From Pocillopora damicornis (taxonomy: Eukaryota), in the NCBI RefSeq assembly GCF_003704095.1, contig NW_020846870.1, positions 1 through 64,000 of the forward strand: 64,000 nucleotides of DNA, read 5' to 3'. A program made the position numbers and the translations under genes. Under the pieces are notes generated by a model. That model was given only the letters and a program-made list of their open reading frames with translations. It searched no databases and was not told the origin of the DNA. Below, piece after piece: positions 52,101-64,000 of the stretch. Each line of letters begins with the position of its first letter. The first letter of the stretch is position 1.

Positions 52101-54491
52101 AGATGAAGATTCCCGTGTAGTGGATGTGGGCCACTGCGGGAGGGGTGTTCTAGAAGGTCTGGTCGTGGGAGCAGTATCCAGGGGTGGTCGCACAATTGTT
52201 GTAGGAGGACTGGAAACCACGTTTGAGTTGGCCAAAGCGAAGCGATTAGTAAACCCTGTACTCGGTCTTGACTGATCTTCTGAAGGCATCCTGGGATCGA
52301 GACGGCTAAAGGGTGGAAAAGCAAAAAAATTGCCCAGTCCAATTCATAGTAAGAGCGTCTACGTGTGCACTGTTAGGGTCCGCTTGCCACGAGCAGTAAC
52401 GACTGATCTGATAGTTCAAACGGCTTGTAAACAAGTCGAAATCGAGGCCGGGGTGGCACAACAGGATCTCGTCAAACGAGTGTTTGTTTAACATCCACTC
52501 GTGATTATCTGAGAACACACGTGATTTCTCATCAGCCTCAGTGTTCAGCCGACCACGTATGTGCGCAGCTGAGAGCCAAATATTTCGTGATACATACCAT
52601 TCTCAAATTTGAACAGCTAGCTGGTTAAGTTCTTTAGATTTTGAGCCCCCCATGTTGTTTATATAAGCAAGGGTTGTGGTATTGTCGATCTGAATTTGGA
52701 TTTGGCAGTTGTTCATACGGCTACAAAAACACTATAACGCAAAAAAGGCTGCAAGTAATTCCAATACGTTTATAACTCAGTTTCCGAAGGGGTCCATCTC
52801 CCCCCGTTTTCTGGGTGCCAAAAACAGTTCCCCAGCCCATTGTTGATGCGTCTGACCGAATTGAAGTGCTGGGGTGGTCGTGATGGATATCTCGTTTGAG
52901 AGTTGCGGTATTATCACGCCACCACTGAGTTTCTGTTAAAACGGGAGGGGATAATTGCATTTTCCCCCCGTAATCGCCCTTCTTTGCTATTAGTGCAAGA
53001 TATTTATCCCGCTCAAGGTGGCGGTAGTGAAGTGGTCCATGCTGAGCACCGGGAAAATTGGACACCAAAATACCGATAACCTTTGCGACCTGTCTAATTG
53101 TGGGCATTTGTGTTTTTAAGGGCGTAGCGCAGACAGACAGAATCCGTCGAACTTTTTCCTTCGTAAGCGTAACGGTCATAGCAATAGAATTCAATACAAA
53201 CCCTGAGAAAGTCAATTTCTGAGAGGATATGTAAACCGAGTTCTCTGAATGGATATGAAACCCTAATTTGGTAAACAGCGTGATGGTGTCAATGACATTT
53301 TTATGACATTCCGCGGAGGTGTCGCCTTGTAGATGAGAATCATCAATACACCCTGAATTGCATCAGCACGTGTCAACAAGGTGATCAGTTCTTTGTCTTG
53401 GCTGTAATTTCCCAGCGCCAAATCGGCGGCTTTTGTCATGGCTGTAATGGCGCCAATAAGAGTGTCTTGTCCCTTCTGCGATCTTACATCTTGAGCTTTC
53501 ATGCTAGTCGAAAGCTGGCTTCAGATTGAAGGGTTCGCTTTCGGGGTTCGCAAACCCTTGACATTCTCTGGACAAGGATATTTGTCCAGTTTGGCCTTGA
53601 TCTTCTTGTCCCCCATCTTTTCTGCCAGAAGAATATTAAAAATAGGCGCCAGACATTTGCGAAGGAGCGGAGAGGTCTTCTCGCTTACTGTTAAGTCCTG
53701 CGCGAGTTCCTTCAAGAAGTCTTCGCCAGGCATAGCTCGTTATTGTCATCTTTGCCCACAGAGGCGAGGAGCGCGGATAAATCCGCATCCCATGTCCGCA
53801 GATTTGGCGGGCCCGTCATTAGAGGCGGTTTCACCGTCCTCATCGGAGTCGTCGTGCCCGTTCAGGAGCACTGAGCTCGCATTCTCGTTCAAGTTCGTCA
53901 CCTGGTTCAGAACTGGAGCCAAGGCAGCTTTGAACATATCCGCAAAAGTGTTTGCTGAAGGCATATTCTGAGCGCCACTGTCCGTTGACGTTTCAGTGGC
54001 GCGCTCGTCAGTTGTGTGGTCTTCGTGATCGGACATAATCACACTGAATTATTGGCACCCAACTACGTTAGGGCCTCAGCTGGATTCCAATTAAGGCTAA
54101 CTACGTTAATCTCTCCAGCAATTCGTGTCAAAAAGGTTTGTAGCGTAGAAAAACCAAGCTTCAAGAATTTGTATGACGTATCGCGTTAAGCGCAAATCGT
54201 GCAATGACTTGTACAAGCGCAGTGCTATCTCATCGGATCTCTGCCTTCTGGTCATGTGATAGAATTCAAGAGCAGTTGCTATATTTTTATGTTTAGCCTG
54301 TAACATTTAATTGCCTGTAATTGGTTTGATTACTTGGCATGTTAATGAGGCCCTGATTAGTTTTCTTCCTGTGACATGTTATTTATTGAATTACATCACA
54401 ATTAGCTCATTTCGCATCAACCACTTGCCGAGGTCAGACGTATTTTGGGCTGCTCTCGGAAGTTGTTAAGATTGCTTCAAAATTAAACAAG

Positions 54492-57400
54492 ATGGACGAG
54501 GAAAAACTAACACCTTTAGTCCCCACCGACCATCGTCCTAAGATTGAGGTAAGTAACCCTAATTTTGCATTAAATTCTTAATGTGCATCTAGCTAAAAGC
54601 AGGTAATGTGCTGCTTCTGCAAGCAGCCGCTGTAATGACTATACTTAAATGACGGCACAGACTTAAAAATTAATTATGAGCAATCATGACGTATTGCATA
54701 GTTAAAAATTAATTCATCAATTATCATATTAGCTCACTAGCAATTATCTGATTATCAATTAATACATTGCGTATGGTAACTATCGAGAGATTTTAGCAAG
54801 ATAGATTTTAGATAATAATGCATTTATTGTTTCCCAGCCACGATACCCATTATATCTATAGGCCTTTCTACGCCTGAAAAAGAGGTCGACAAAAGGAAAA
54901 AAATTAAACGTAACAGACGCAGAAATTAAGCTGTGGAAGATTTCACTGAAGTAAATGGGAGAAATTTGTAATTAAAGCAAAATTACCGCTAGTGAGCTCC
55001 TTCCCTTACGGCGTTTTAGCTCCAGAAAAAGATCAATATGTTAATGTTAACGACAATGTGACCCCTTATTTATTACATATTGGTATTTCTTGAAGGCAGA
55101 AAACAACAAATTTTGTCCATGATATGACACCAGCGCGTGCATCATAATCAGGCTAAAATCAATGGTGCCACCTTTTCTCTATACGACGATCGATATCAAC
55201 ACTCAGAGCTTCCTCGGTTTCCCTACTTTTACCGACTCATGCTAACCAGCGCGGGAAATGCATATATTAAACTTCAGTTACCTACAACGCTTTGTTTAAA
55301 TTTGAATAACCTGACACGTCCACAGTGGGTGACGTTGAAGAACTACAAGATTAATCTATAACATTCTCATGTAATCAGTTCTTATACACTGTGATAAACA
55401 TTAGTAGAAACACACTTTTTTTGTTTTACTTCGTTTCATTTTGTCTTTATGGGTGTGTGTTTTTGTGTGTGCTTGGATAGTCAGAGGTAGTCACATTCGT
55501 TTTTAAGCTCAGAGTGGATCAAATATCTAATTTGATTTAATTTCTCGTCGTTTAAAAGGAAACCTGTACCAACCAAACATCTGTGAACACTTCCACCACA
55601 GTGGACTCTAAAGGTAGGGCAAATCTCTCCTTGTTTTTCTTAGGAGATTATTAGGACGTTGTTTTTTTAAGTTTCAAAACTCAACATTGCTTAAAAAATG
55701 ATAGGTGTTGTCACCAAACCTGTGATTTCTCATTTATTTTTCTCCCACAATAAAAGCTGAAGTTCGAGCTTTGCTCGTTGGTGCCTTGAATGGATCTTTG
55801 GGCTCATCCAGTCTATCAGCGCGTAATCTACTAGAGACGCTCCTCAAAAAGCTAGACAAAGGTACTCCTGAGATGAGGGAGAACCCATCAACCACTGCAA
55901 TGGTAAGACATTAAGTGATTTGCTTTGTTTGAGTCGATTCATCAGTTTGGTGGGTGAACTGGGATAATTTAGATAAGGGAGGTCAGTTGTCTCTTTAATG
56001 CGCCAACTGGTTCGAATGTCGATCGTCGAGTATCAAGGTGGGACAGTGTATCCTAAATTTTGCAAATTTGCATGAGGGTCCTTTCTAGGTTATTGTCAGG
56101 CTTGAAGTATCTGGTTCTGCTTCGATCGATATGCAACGAAAAGAGAAACAGAACTCCTGTAGTTCTCTTATAGTAGCTAAATTCTTTCGCTTTTGTGTCA
56201 TGCAAGATTTTTGGTAGATACTTCATCTACACCTTCACTTTAAGTCTTTGCTCTCTACTAGACTTTTGGAAGAAATATTAGTCAATCCATAGAAAATAAT
56301 TGTGTGAAACAATGTTTGATGGAAATAGTACCGATCATTTGCCATGTTTGAAAATTCTGTAAGTGTCACAACTCAAAACTGCTGCCTGTGTGATGTTCTA
56401 TGTTTCATGCGCGGTTGGCCGTGTCACGCACTTAATGAGTTATCATGAAAACTGTTTTTTTGCTCTCTTTTTTAATCCATATTTTAACAGGTTGTACTGT
56501 AAATGTGGTAATTACCTTTAGAAATACCTTAAGAACATTACAAGGATCAACAAATGTCGACATGGTGGAAAAAATAAATCCTCTTCAGCTGCAATATCAT
56601 TTCTCCGTTTACAAAAAGGACTTTTCCAAAAATATGTCTAAAATTCTAACAACATCTGTGGAGGTTCAACCTCCTTTCAGATATTAATGAACTTGTATGA
56701 CCTGGATTCTACCGACAAAAGTCATCCATGTACTTGGGGGACTTATAGGGTTTAAGTATTGTAGGTGGCATAATAAGGCTTGTTTGGGTTTGAAATGTAT
56801 AGAGGTACTTAAAAGAGAAAACCTTCTGAGGGTTGGTGTATCCAGCATGAGCCTTAAACGACTGCATCACAAACTGTTACCTCCTATTTCATATGGAATG
56901 GAATTTATAATTCACATACATCATTTTTCTTAATTATTAGGTCGGATTGGAGGCTGGAATGAACCAAGGTCAGAACTTTCCTTTGTTCTAAACATCTTAA
57001 GATTTCTTGCAGCTCGATTTCGGCTTTTGTCAAACGTAGCACAAAACAGCGTCGAATAGCTGAATCTTAAAAACTACATATAGTTCCTCGTGTGCAAGAC
57101 CGGTCGAGACGCGTAACGCGAGTAGCTAATTTTGTGATTTAAGTCAGTCTCAATTTGTTGATCGCTTGTCTCATTTTAAATAATCGAGTTGCACATGAGG
57201 TCAAGACATGAAGCAATAGGTGTCGCACTCTCCATCGAGTGTGACACCTATTACGTCACGCCTAAAAAACAAATTGTGCCTCGTCAAGTCCAGCAGCACG
57301 CTGTAAGTGGGTTTCGTTAAAAACGATGTTAGAGTGTATCAAAAAAAAAATCACAAGTCAAAGAACATACATAATTGTTAGGTTAACATTACTGAACTGG

Positions 57401-60400
57401 TGGGACGTACGATTAGCGCATGCGCTTCGAAACGTTATAAGTGTGACAGGACATCATCAGCATTTGTTACGCATGCCATGTTCGCGTGTGCACCTTAAGT
57501 TTTGGACGGGTCGGATCTTTGGAGGTTTTTTCGTTAGGATTTATAATGTTAAGCACGTGGCTTTTTCGCCTGTCTTCTAAGGGCTTTCCGTAACTTCTTT
57601 TGAACAATAACCTAAACCAAACAAAGAACTCACAAAGTTCCAACCCTTTCATTCACAACTTGGCAGAGATATCTGCACCCCAGGTAAATGCATCTCAGGA
57701 AATGGGTGATGTTGATATGGAGAAGGCTGAGGAGAACTACGACACTACTGGGGACTCTCATGTATCGTTAATTGAAGACGATAAGGAGACAAACAACGAA
57801 GGCTCTTCTTGCCAACAGGAAGCTATGGAGGACGAGAGCGCAACACTTCCTTCAAGGGAAATCAATGAAGTTGCGCCTAATCAACATTTGAATTCATTTA
57901 ATTTACGAAATGTATCCATGGCGGCAAAGGATCGGGTGCACGATTTTGCCCTCGATCTAGCGAATACGACCTCGTCGCAGCCTGATACTTCCAGCCACCT
58001 GAATCAATCCAAGTCACCTACGAGTGAATCAGCGATATTTGTGGAGTTTGGTCCAGATCCAGTGAACGAAGAATCTCTCAGTTACCCGGAGAGAGTTTCC
58101 ATGCTATCACCTATGTACCATGGTAAATTGATGTTCCATCCGCATATTTGCAATCGTTAGAACAACGTTTATCGGTTTAAACTAATAGCACACGAAGATA
58201 TAACGAAAGTCAATACTTTTTTTGCGAATCTTTAAAATACAGGTGTACGTGTAATGTTTCAAGTACAGACACAATATCGTTACACCTCTCGATGTAACAA
58301 CCGTACATCCAACCACTTATAAGCATGACAAGGCTTGAGTATCTAACTGATATAATTTTTAAGATGCGATGTTTTGATCCACAGAGTCTGAAGAGATTCT
58401 TAAAATGAATGACATCAGTCCGTGGAGAGGTCTGCAAGTAACACCAAATGACACTATGGACATCAGTCCTGGACACCATCTGAATAAAAGCTTCTTCTCT
58501 CACCCTGAAGATTTGGCGATGTTCTTTCCCTCTATCGAAAAAATCCAGGAGGCCGAATCAACAATACTTGCAAACGAAATCTCTCCCTGGAGAGGCTTGC
58601 CAACTGCGTCGATGTCAGGTTAGTTATCCTTTTTACTATTTTAATCACAATTTTTTGTGGCAACTGGATACCGCTATCAATTTTTTCTATAAAATGCAAA
58701 TATAAGAAACAATAAAATATTCTATAAAAGTCTTTCCGCTCGCGGTGTTTCACGCCCGTTAACTTCACAGGAAATGTATGAGTGGCTTTTGTTGAACACG
58801 ATATTAAAGTCTATCAAAAGAGAAAAAAATTACGTTTGAGAGCATAAATAACTGTTGAGACAACAGAACGTTACCGGTGGAAAGCGCGACTATGAGAACA
58901 CATCATCAGCATTTCATAAGCGTACCATGTTAGAGTGAGCAAATTTTCTTCAGTTTTGGACAGGTAAGGTTTTTGGAGAGTCTTCAAATTAGGAGTTTTA
59001 ATGTAAGCGCGTTTCCGTTCGGTGGTGTGTGCGTGTGTGTTTTTTTTGGCCAAGGGGTTTTCTGTTACTGTTTTCGAATAATAACTTAAACAAAACAAAG
59101 AACTCAAAAAGTTCAAACCTTTTAATTCACAATCTAGCAGAGATATCTGCACCCCAGGTAAATGCATCTCAGGAAATGGGTGATGTTGATATGGAGAAGG
59201 CTAAGGAGAACTACAACACTACTGGGGACTCTTGGGCAAACTCTCATGTATCGTTAACTGAAGACGATGAGGAGACAAACAACGAAGGCTCTTCTTGCCA
59301 ACAGGAAGCAATGGAGGACGAGAGCGCAACACTTCCTTCAAGTGAGATCAATGCAGTTGCGCCTGATCAGCATTTGAATTCATTTCCTTCACGAGATGTA
59401 TCCATGTTGGCAAAGAAACGGGTGCACGATTTTGTTCTCGATGTTGTGAATACAACCTCATCACAGCTTGATACTTCCAGCCACCTGCATCAATCCAAGC
59501 CACCTGGTCCAGATCCAGTGAGCGAAGAATCTTCCAGTTACCCAGGGAAAGTTTTAATTCTATCACTTAAGGAAAACGATTCATCGGAGACAACGATGAT
59601 GTCTTCAGGTAACTCAAAATTATCTTTAGGAAGTGATGTGAAAACAGGTAGTAATAACTTTTTCCCTTGCGGGATGGTTTGATTATCCATATCAGTACTC
59701 GATCAACATTTCTAAATCAAGTTCTTTCAAGATACAAAGCGTTATAACAAACCCGTGTTTAGCATTTGTTTAAGTTCTGTTACATTATATAATGCGTTCC
59801 ATGGTAAATCGATGTTTCATCCGCAGATTTGCAACTGTTAACCCCGTTTATCGATTAAAACTAATAGCGTCTAAAGAGATAACGAAAGTCAATACCTTTC
59901 TTTCCGATCTGTTGTATACAGATGTACCCCACGTGTGTGCTTCTCCCGTATGGGAGATACACGAAACAGGGTGCCCTCCATCGTCTTCTGCACAGACTCC
60001 TGTTACTCACTCCTGGAGTTCGCCATTGACATCTGGAAGATCGATAGATATTGGTCTCAAAACAACCTGTGTTACACCTGCTGAAAACAAAACTCCCAAC
60101 GAAACTGCAGCAACGTCCTCGGATGGCTCGATAAAAACTGATTTGAATACTACCGATATGCCATCCTTCCGCTGCAAATCAGGGACTTCGGCTAAAAAGG
60201 AAAGTTGTGACTTCGGCATATCAGCAACATCCTTAGATGTTGATGCAAATCAAGTCATAACAAAATCCTCCAGGTTTGCTGACATTTTTTCGCCATCCCT
60301 AAATGAAGTCAAAGAACAGGAGTCAATAGGGGACTCTCTCAGTCACTCAAGAGTGTCGTTGAGAATTGATGAGGTGGAAGCCAGACAGAATTCCAGTGCG

Positions 60401-62719
60401 TGCGAAAGGAGAAGTCCATCGAAAAATACACAGAGTCATGACAAGTGCTCCGTTAATCCACTCATAAACTCACTAGGATTAAAACAAAGTGATTTCGAGA
60501 ACACTAGCATCATCTCCTGTTGCTGCGATGGAAAAGCATACATTGAAAATGAAGCTAGTCCATCTTGCTCGAAATCCTTCGGCTTAGTTGCAAAGATGTC
60601 AACTGGACTGGAAAATTCCAACCTGGTGTCTAAAAGTGAGTATAGCATTAATACCAAGGAGATGTCAATGGTCTCTAGATTTTTTATTTTGAAGAAGCTT
60701 ATTGTCCGTCAACATTCTAAGTTTTCTTGGGAACTAGAGAAAACGAAGAGTGCTTTTCCACCCGGTGAGAAATATCGTTATTTGCAAATTCTCATAAACC
60801 ATAGGCAAACTCAAGATTTCCATTATTAAAAACATTAGGTATGAAAATTCCCATTAAAAAGAATCTTTACTTCCGTTGTATTGATCTTAGGTTTATTTCA
60901 GGTTTAAAAATATGAATATTATCCACAGGTAGTTGACTTCTCTTTTTTAACTTTTAAGGAAGCAAAAGGAAACGAAAGCGCGGCGCACCTGAATGTTCTA
61001 ACGTAGAATCTGTTGAGCCTTTGCGAAAATCTCCGCGTTTTGCCATGGAGACAGGGGAAAATCAAACCGAGTCACCTTTAATAAAGGTGAAGATTGAGCA
61101 TCAGCATCCACCCGCAGAGGACTTGGGTGACCCGACTGACGCAGCAACATCTGCAAAGAAGAGATCATCTCCCAAAGCTAAAGGTTAAGTAGAGTAGGCT
61201 TTTGACTTCTCTTAACAGGATCACGATTTGTGTTCACGTTCTTTTCTAGTTTTATCGTTTACTTAAAAATATTCACTCGTTCCTCAAGAACCCGCGATTC
61301 GATACTTTTTAGATTCTAAAATAGTGACATTAGGTATGGGTGGTTGACTCTGTATTTCCAAATGACAGGAAAGACCAGGAAACGGAAGCGCAGTGTTCGA
61401 AAAAATTCAGATATATCTGATAAACCATTGCAAAATTTTCCATGGTTAGAAACAAATGAACCTCAAGTTGTGTCTCCACAAGCTGAAGGTGAGAAAGAAC
61501 AAGTTTTTGACTTACCTACCTTAATGGGGCGTGTTTAGTTTTGTATCTACCGTTGACTGAGATATTTTATTAATATGTATCTCAACAAACCGCAAGTTGA
61601 TTTTACCAATTTTTAATCACCTAATAATATCATCGGACAAAATCATGTGGACGATTATCCCCTGGATGTCACTGGAGGATGATGTTAAGCTATGCAAAAA
61701 ACGACATCTTCAACAGCGTCCAGACTGGACCACTCCTCCGGTATCCAAATGAATGACTGATTTAAGTGACGTCAGTAATGTCACGTCCACCCCGAATGTT
61801 ATGGGATCCCAGTGTGAATAAGTATTATTATGGTTGGGTAATTTCAATGTTCCTATCATTTTTTTTTATATTTAGAGCCGCGAGTTAAAGTGGAAGTTCC
61901 GCAAAGTCCAGAAGCCTTGGAGTACGCTCATTTCTGCCTCAGAAATGCTTATCACGCACTCCTTGGTGCCACGGCAAAAAATGTAACCATCCAACCTCAG
62001 GTTAACACAGCTAATATTCATTTTGATTGGCACTCGGCTAGCAACCTCTTCAGTTTCTATCTTATGGTTTTGTTGCGAAAAACGAGAAAAAAGTGAGGAA
62101 ATTCACGAATTATCCTCTAAACACCTTTCGAGCGAAGTAGACTAAATGCTCTTTGTTACCAGAGGTACAACCATATCCTTATTTTCTGTATTTTGTTAAA
62201 AGTTTTATAGATAGTTTCTATTTAAAGTTAAAAAGGACATGTGGGATAAATCATAACATCAGGTATCTTTCCCCTGAACCATGATAGCGATCACTTGCAT
62301 ATTACTTTATGGAATTTTCTGCGGTCGATAAAACGAACGTATTTGGTTTCAGGTTGCTGTTGAGCCTTCTCAAATAAAAAGAGGAAATCGTTACAGAGCT
62401 AGAAGAATGTGGGACGGGGATTCATTTGTTCCTAAGGTACGTCTTAAAATGTGATTCAACTAGCCTCATATGAAACTGACAGTTTGTAGAAAGAGTTTTG
62501 TCGGGATGGGCAGGTATCAAAACTGTCTATCAAAGAAAAATATGGACACCTAAACTATGTCCGGAATGATAGTTGCGTTATGACTGAACACATGGAAGTT
62601 GGGAGATGTAACTCGATTACGAATATGAGAAGAATACTTACTTGCTATTTTTGCCATAGACTGAAGTACGGGCACAAAGTGAACCCTACAAACGGAGACG
62701 ACGACGAAGAAGGAACTAA
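54492..62719 (+). CDS. Uncharacterised paralog C (13 exons, 2772 nt, 923 aa), lacking the 48-aa repeats
   Basis: Exons 54492-54548, 55559-55613, 55757-55902, 56941-56968, 57667-58122, 58385-58618, 59141-59608, 59922-60635, 60959-61183, 61369-61488, 61876-62000, 62353-62436 and 62660-62719. All GT-AG, open frame throughout, same C-terminus PYKRRRRRRRN*. Confidence 0.8.
57580..59560 (+). repeat. Internal exon duplication in paralog C (57580-58110 versus 59055-59560)
   Basis: Both exons encode EISAPQVNASQEMGDVDMEKA.ENY.TTGDS..HVSL.EDD.ETNNEGSSCQQEAMEDESATLPS. Confidence 0.9.
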
Positions 62720-63445
62720 GAGGTGGAGGCACATGGAAAGGATGCTCCATGAATCTTTTTTTTTTCTACAAAGTATTGCAACTTGGAACTAAGATGTATC
62801 ACGCTACTCGATGACCGGCTCAAAAAAAAAGAAAAAAGGAAAATAAATCCCAAAAAATGTTTTCAGAAATACTACTTTCAAAATTAAAACTGAAGCCGAA
62901 ACTTTCCTGTCGATAGAAACAGAAAAAAAACAAAAAAACAAAAAAAAACACGCTTTCTTAAGTTAGCACTAAACAACACTAAAGCCAAAATTTTTTTGTG
63001 GATTGAAACGAAAAAGAGTAACCAAAAAATTAACATATAATGGCAATTTTGAAGCATAAAACAAGGTCATCCAAGTAGCAATAACGTTTATTCTGAAACT
63101 GATGAAATGTAAATGTGGCAAAGAAATCCTTTTTATTAAACTGTGTATTGTTTTTCAAACGTATTTTTGTTCAGTTCATAGAAAAGAGATTGAATTTTGA
63201 GGAGAAATTTTATGGACGTTAGCAAGATATCAACTCTTTACTTAAAACGACATCACAGTCCATAACAATCTGAACCAGAAGCCTGTGTAAGGGGAATTAT
63301 CTAAAGTCTTATTCTTGTCCAAGTCATACTTCCCAGAGTCTCAATAACATTTCAGCGACTATTCTCCTTCAACTCTGGACTATCTCCACGATGGTGTTTT
63401 CTGTTCCAGGCGTCCCATCCGAATGAGGAGAGTCAGAGAAACGCT
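62720..63445 (+). repeat. 3' UTR/flank paralogous to 35086-35960
   Basis: Shared blocks, e.g. aaactgaagccgaaactttc.tgtcgatagaaaca and ctattctccttcaactctggactat, show that the duplicated unit extends about 0.8 kb past the stop codon. Confidence 0.85.
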
Positions 63446-64000
63446 GTGGAGCCAGGAAAAAATGGGAGAGTTCTGGGAAAAAAAAGGCTGTCATAAAATT
63501 ATACGAGATATGTGCAACTTGTGTGATTATCCAAGAGTAAACGGCTTTTGGAGCTTTGGTTCTTCCGCTTGCTTGTATGTATCATATGACATGGATGTGT
63601 ATGTGATGCATATGAGGTTATTTGAAGAGTTGGTCTGAGGTTACCATTGATAAACCTGGGTGCAAGGGTTATAAGCGCACGTTCGTCTCTTAAAAAAATA
63701 GGATAAAAGGCTGGAAAACATTTCCTTCGTGATTTTTGTGCATACTGTCAAGGTTATTGACAACTCAGGAACGGATGAACCCACTTCTGCTTCAATAACA
63801 ATTATTGTTCGAGGGCGCGCCGAATATGAGCTGATAATTAACGCACGAGGCATATAGCATCGATTTGCTTTTAATAATCTCATATTCGGCGAGTCTGAGT
63901 GAAATAATTGTTATAGCATAATCGGACTCAAAAATAACTCAGTCAAACAGCTTTAATTTGGCTTGACAAAGTCACCTTACCTTCACTGCAACAAGACAGT

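Larger units (their letters stand above)
50603..54266 (-). mobile_element. DIRS1-type tyrosine-recombinase retrotransposon with both termini, internally deleted and decayed
   Basis: Minus-strand order: gag-like (54042-53360, KLDKYPCPENVKGLRTPK), RT tail (CIDDSHLQGD..LGFHIH), RNase H (IRSDASTMGWG), methyltransferase-like (DFDLFTSRLN), YR (YSTLNTARSTLS, VSSQRGQSI, AHSTTSAS, AKACWKSAETFRK). Imperfect ITRs and an ICR at 50829-50942. Confidence 0.93.

Overview
AT-rich, intron-containing animal DNA from a gapped draft assembly with many N runs. The repeat families and transposon types look cnidarian/stony-coral-like, which is an inference. 1-12.3 kb is a jumble of decayed PIF/Harbinger transposase and Myb/SANT-like partner fragments, Penelope-like RT fragments and an L2-type LINE tail. 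The main content is three tandem paralogs of a multi-exon gene I do not recognise, reconstructed by hand from GT-AG sites with consistent phases: A (14540-23642, cut off at a gap), B (25363-35085, about 1450 aa or more) and C (54492-62719, 923 aa). All three share promoter and exons 1-3; B and C also share the basic, NLS-rich C-terminal exons ending PYKRRRRRRRN*. Their middles differ completely. A and B carry a tandemly amplified, frame-neutral two-exon cassette with a 144-bp/48-aa coding repeat, while C has a different duplicated exon. Between B and C lie a pseudogenic 5' fragment of a Scribble/LRRC1-type LRR gene, a DIRS fragment, an apparently intact PIM-like Ser/Thr kinase gene and a minisatellite. 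A DIRS1-type tyrosine-recombinase retrotransposon (50603-54266) with ITR/ICR ends is inserted at an AATT in the promoter of paralog C. All gene models were built by eye, without expression data.
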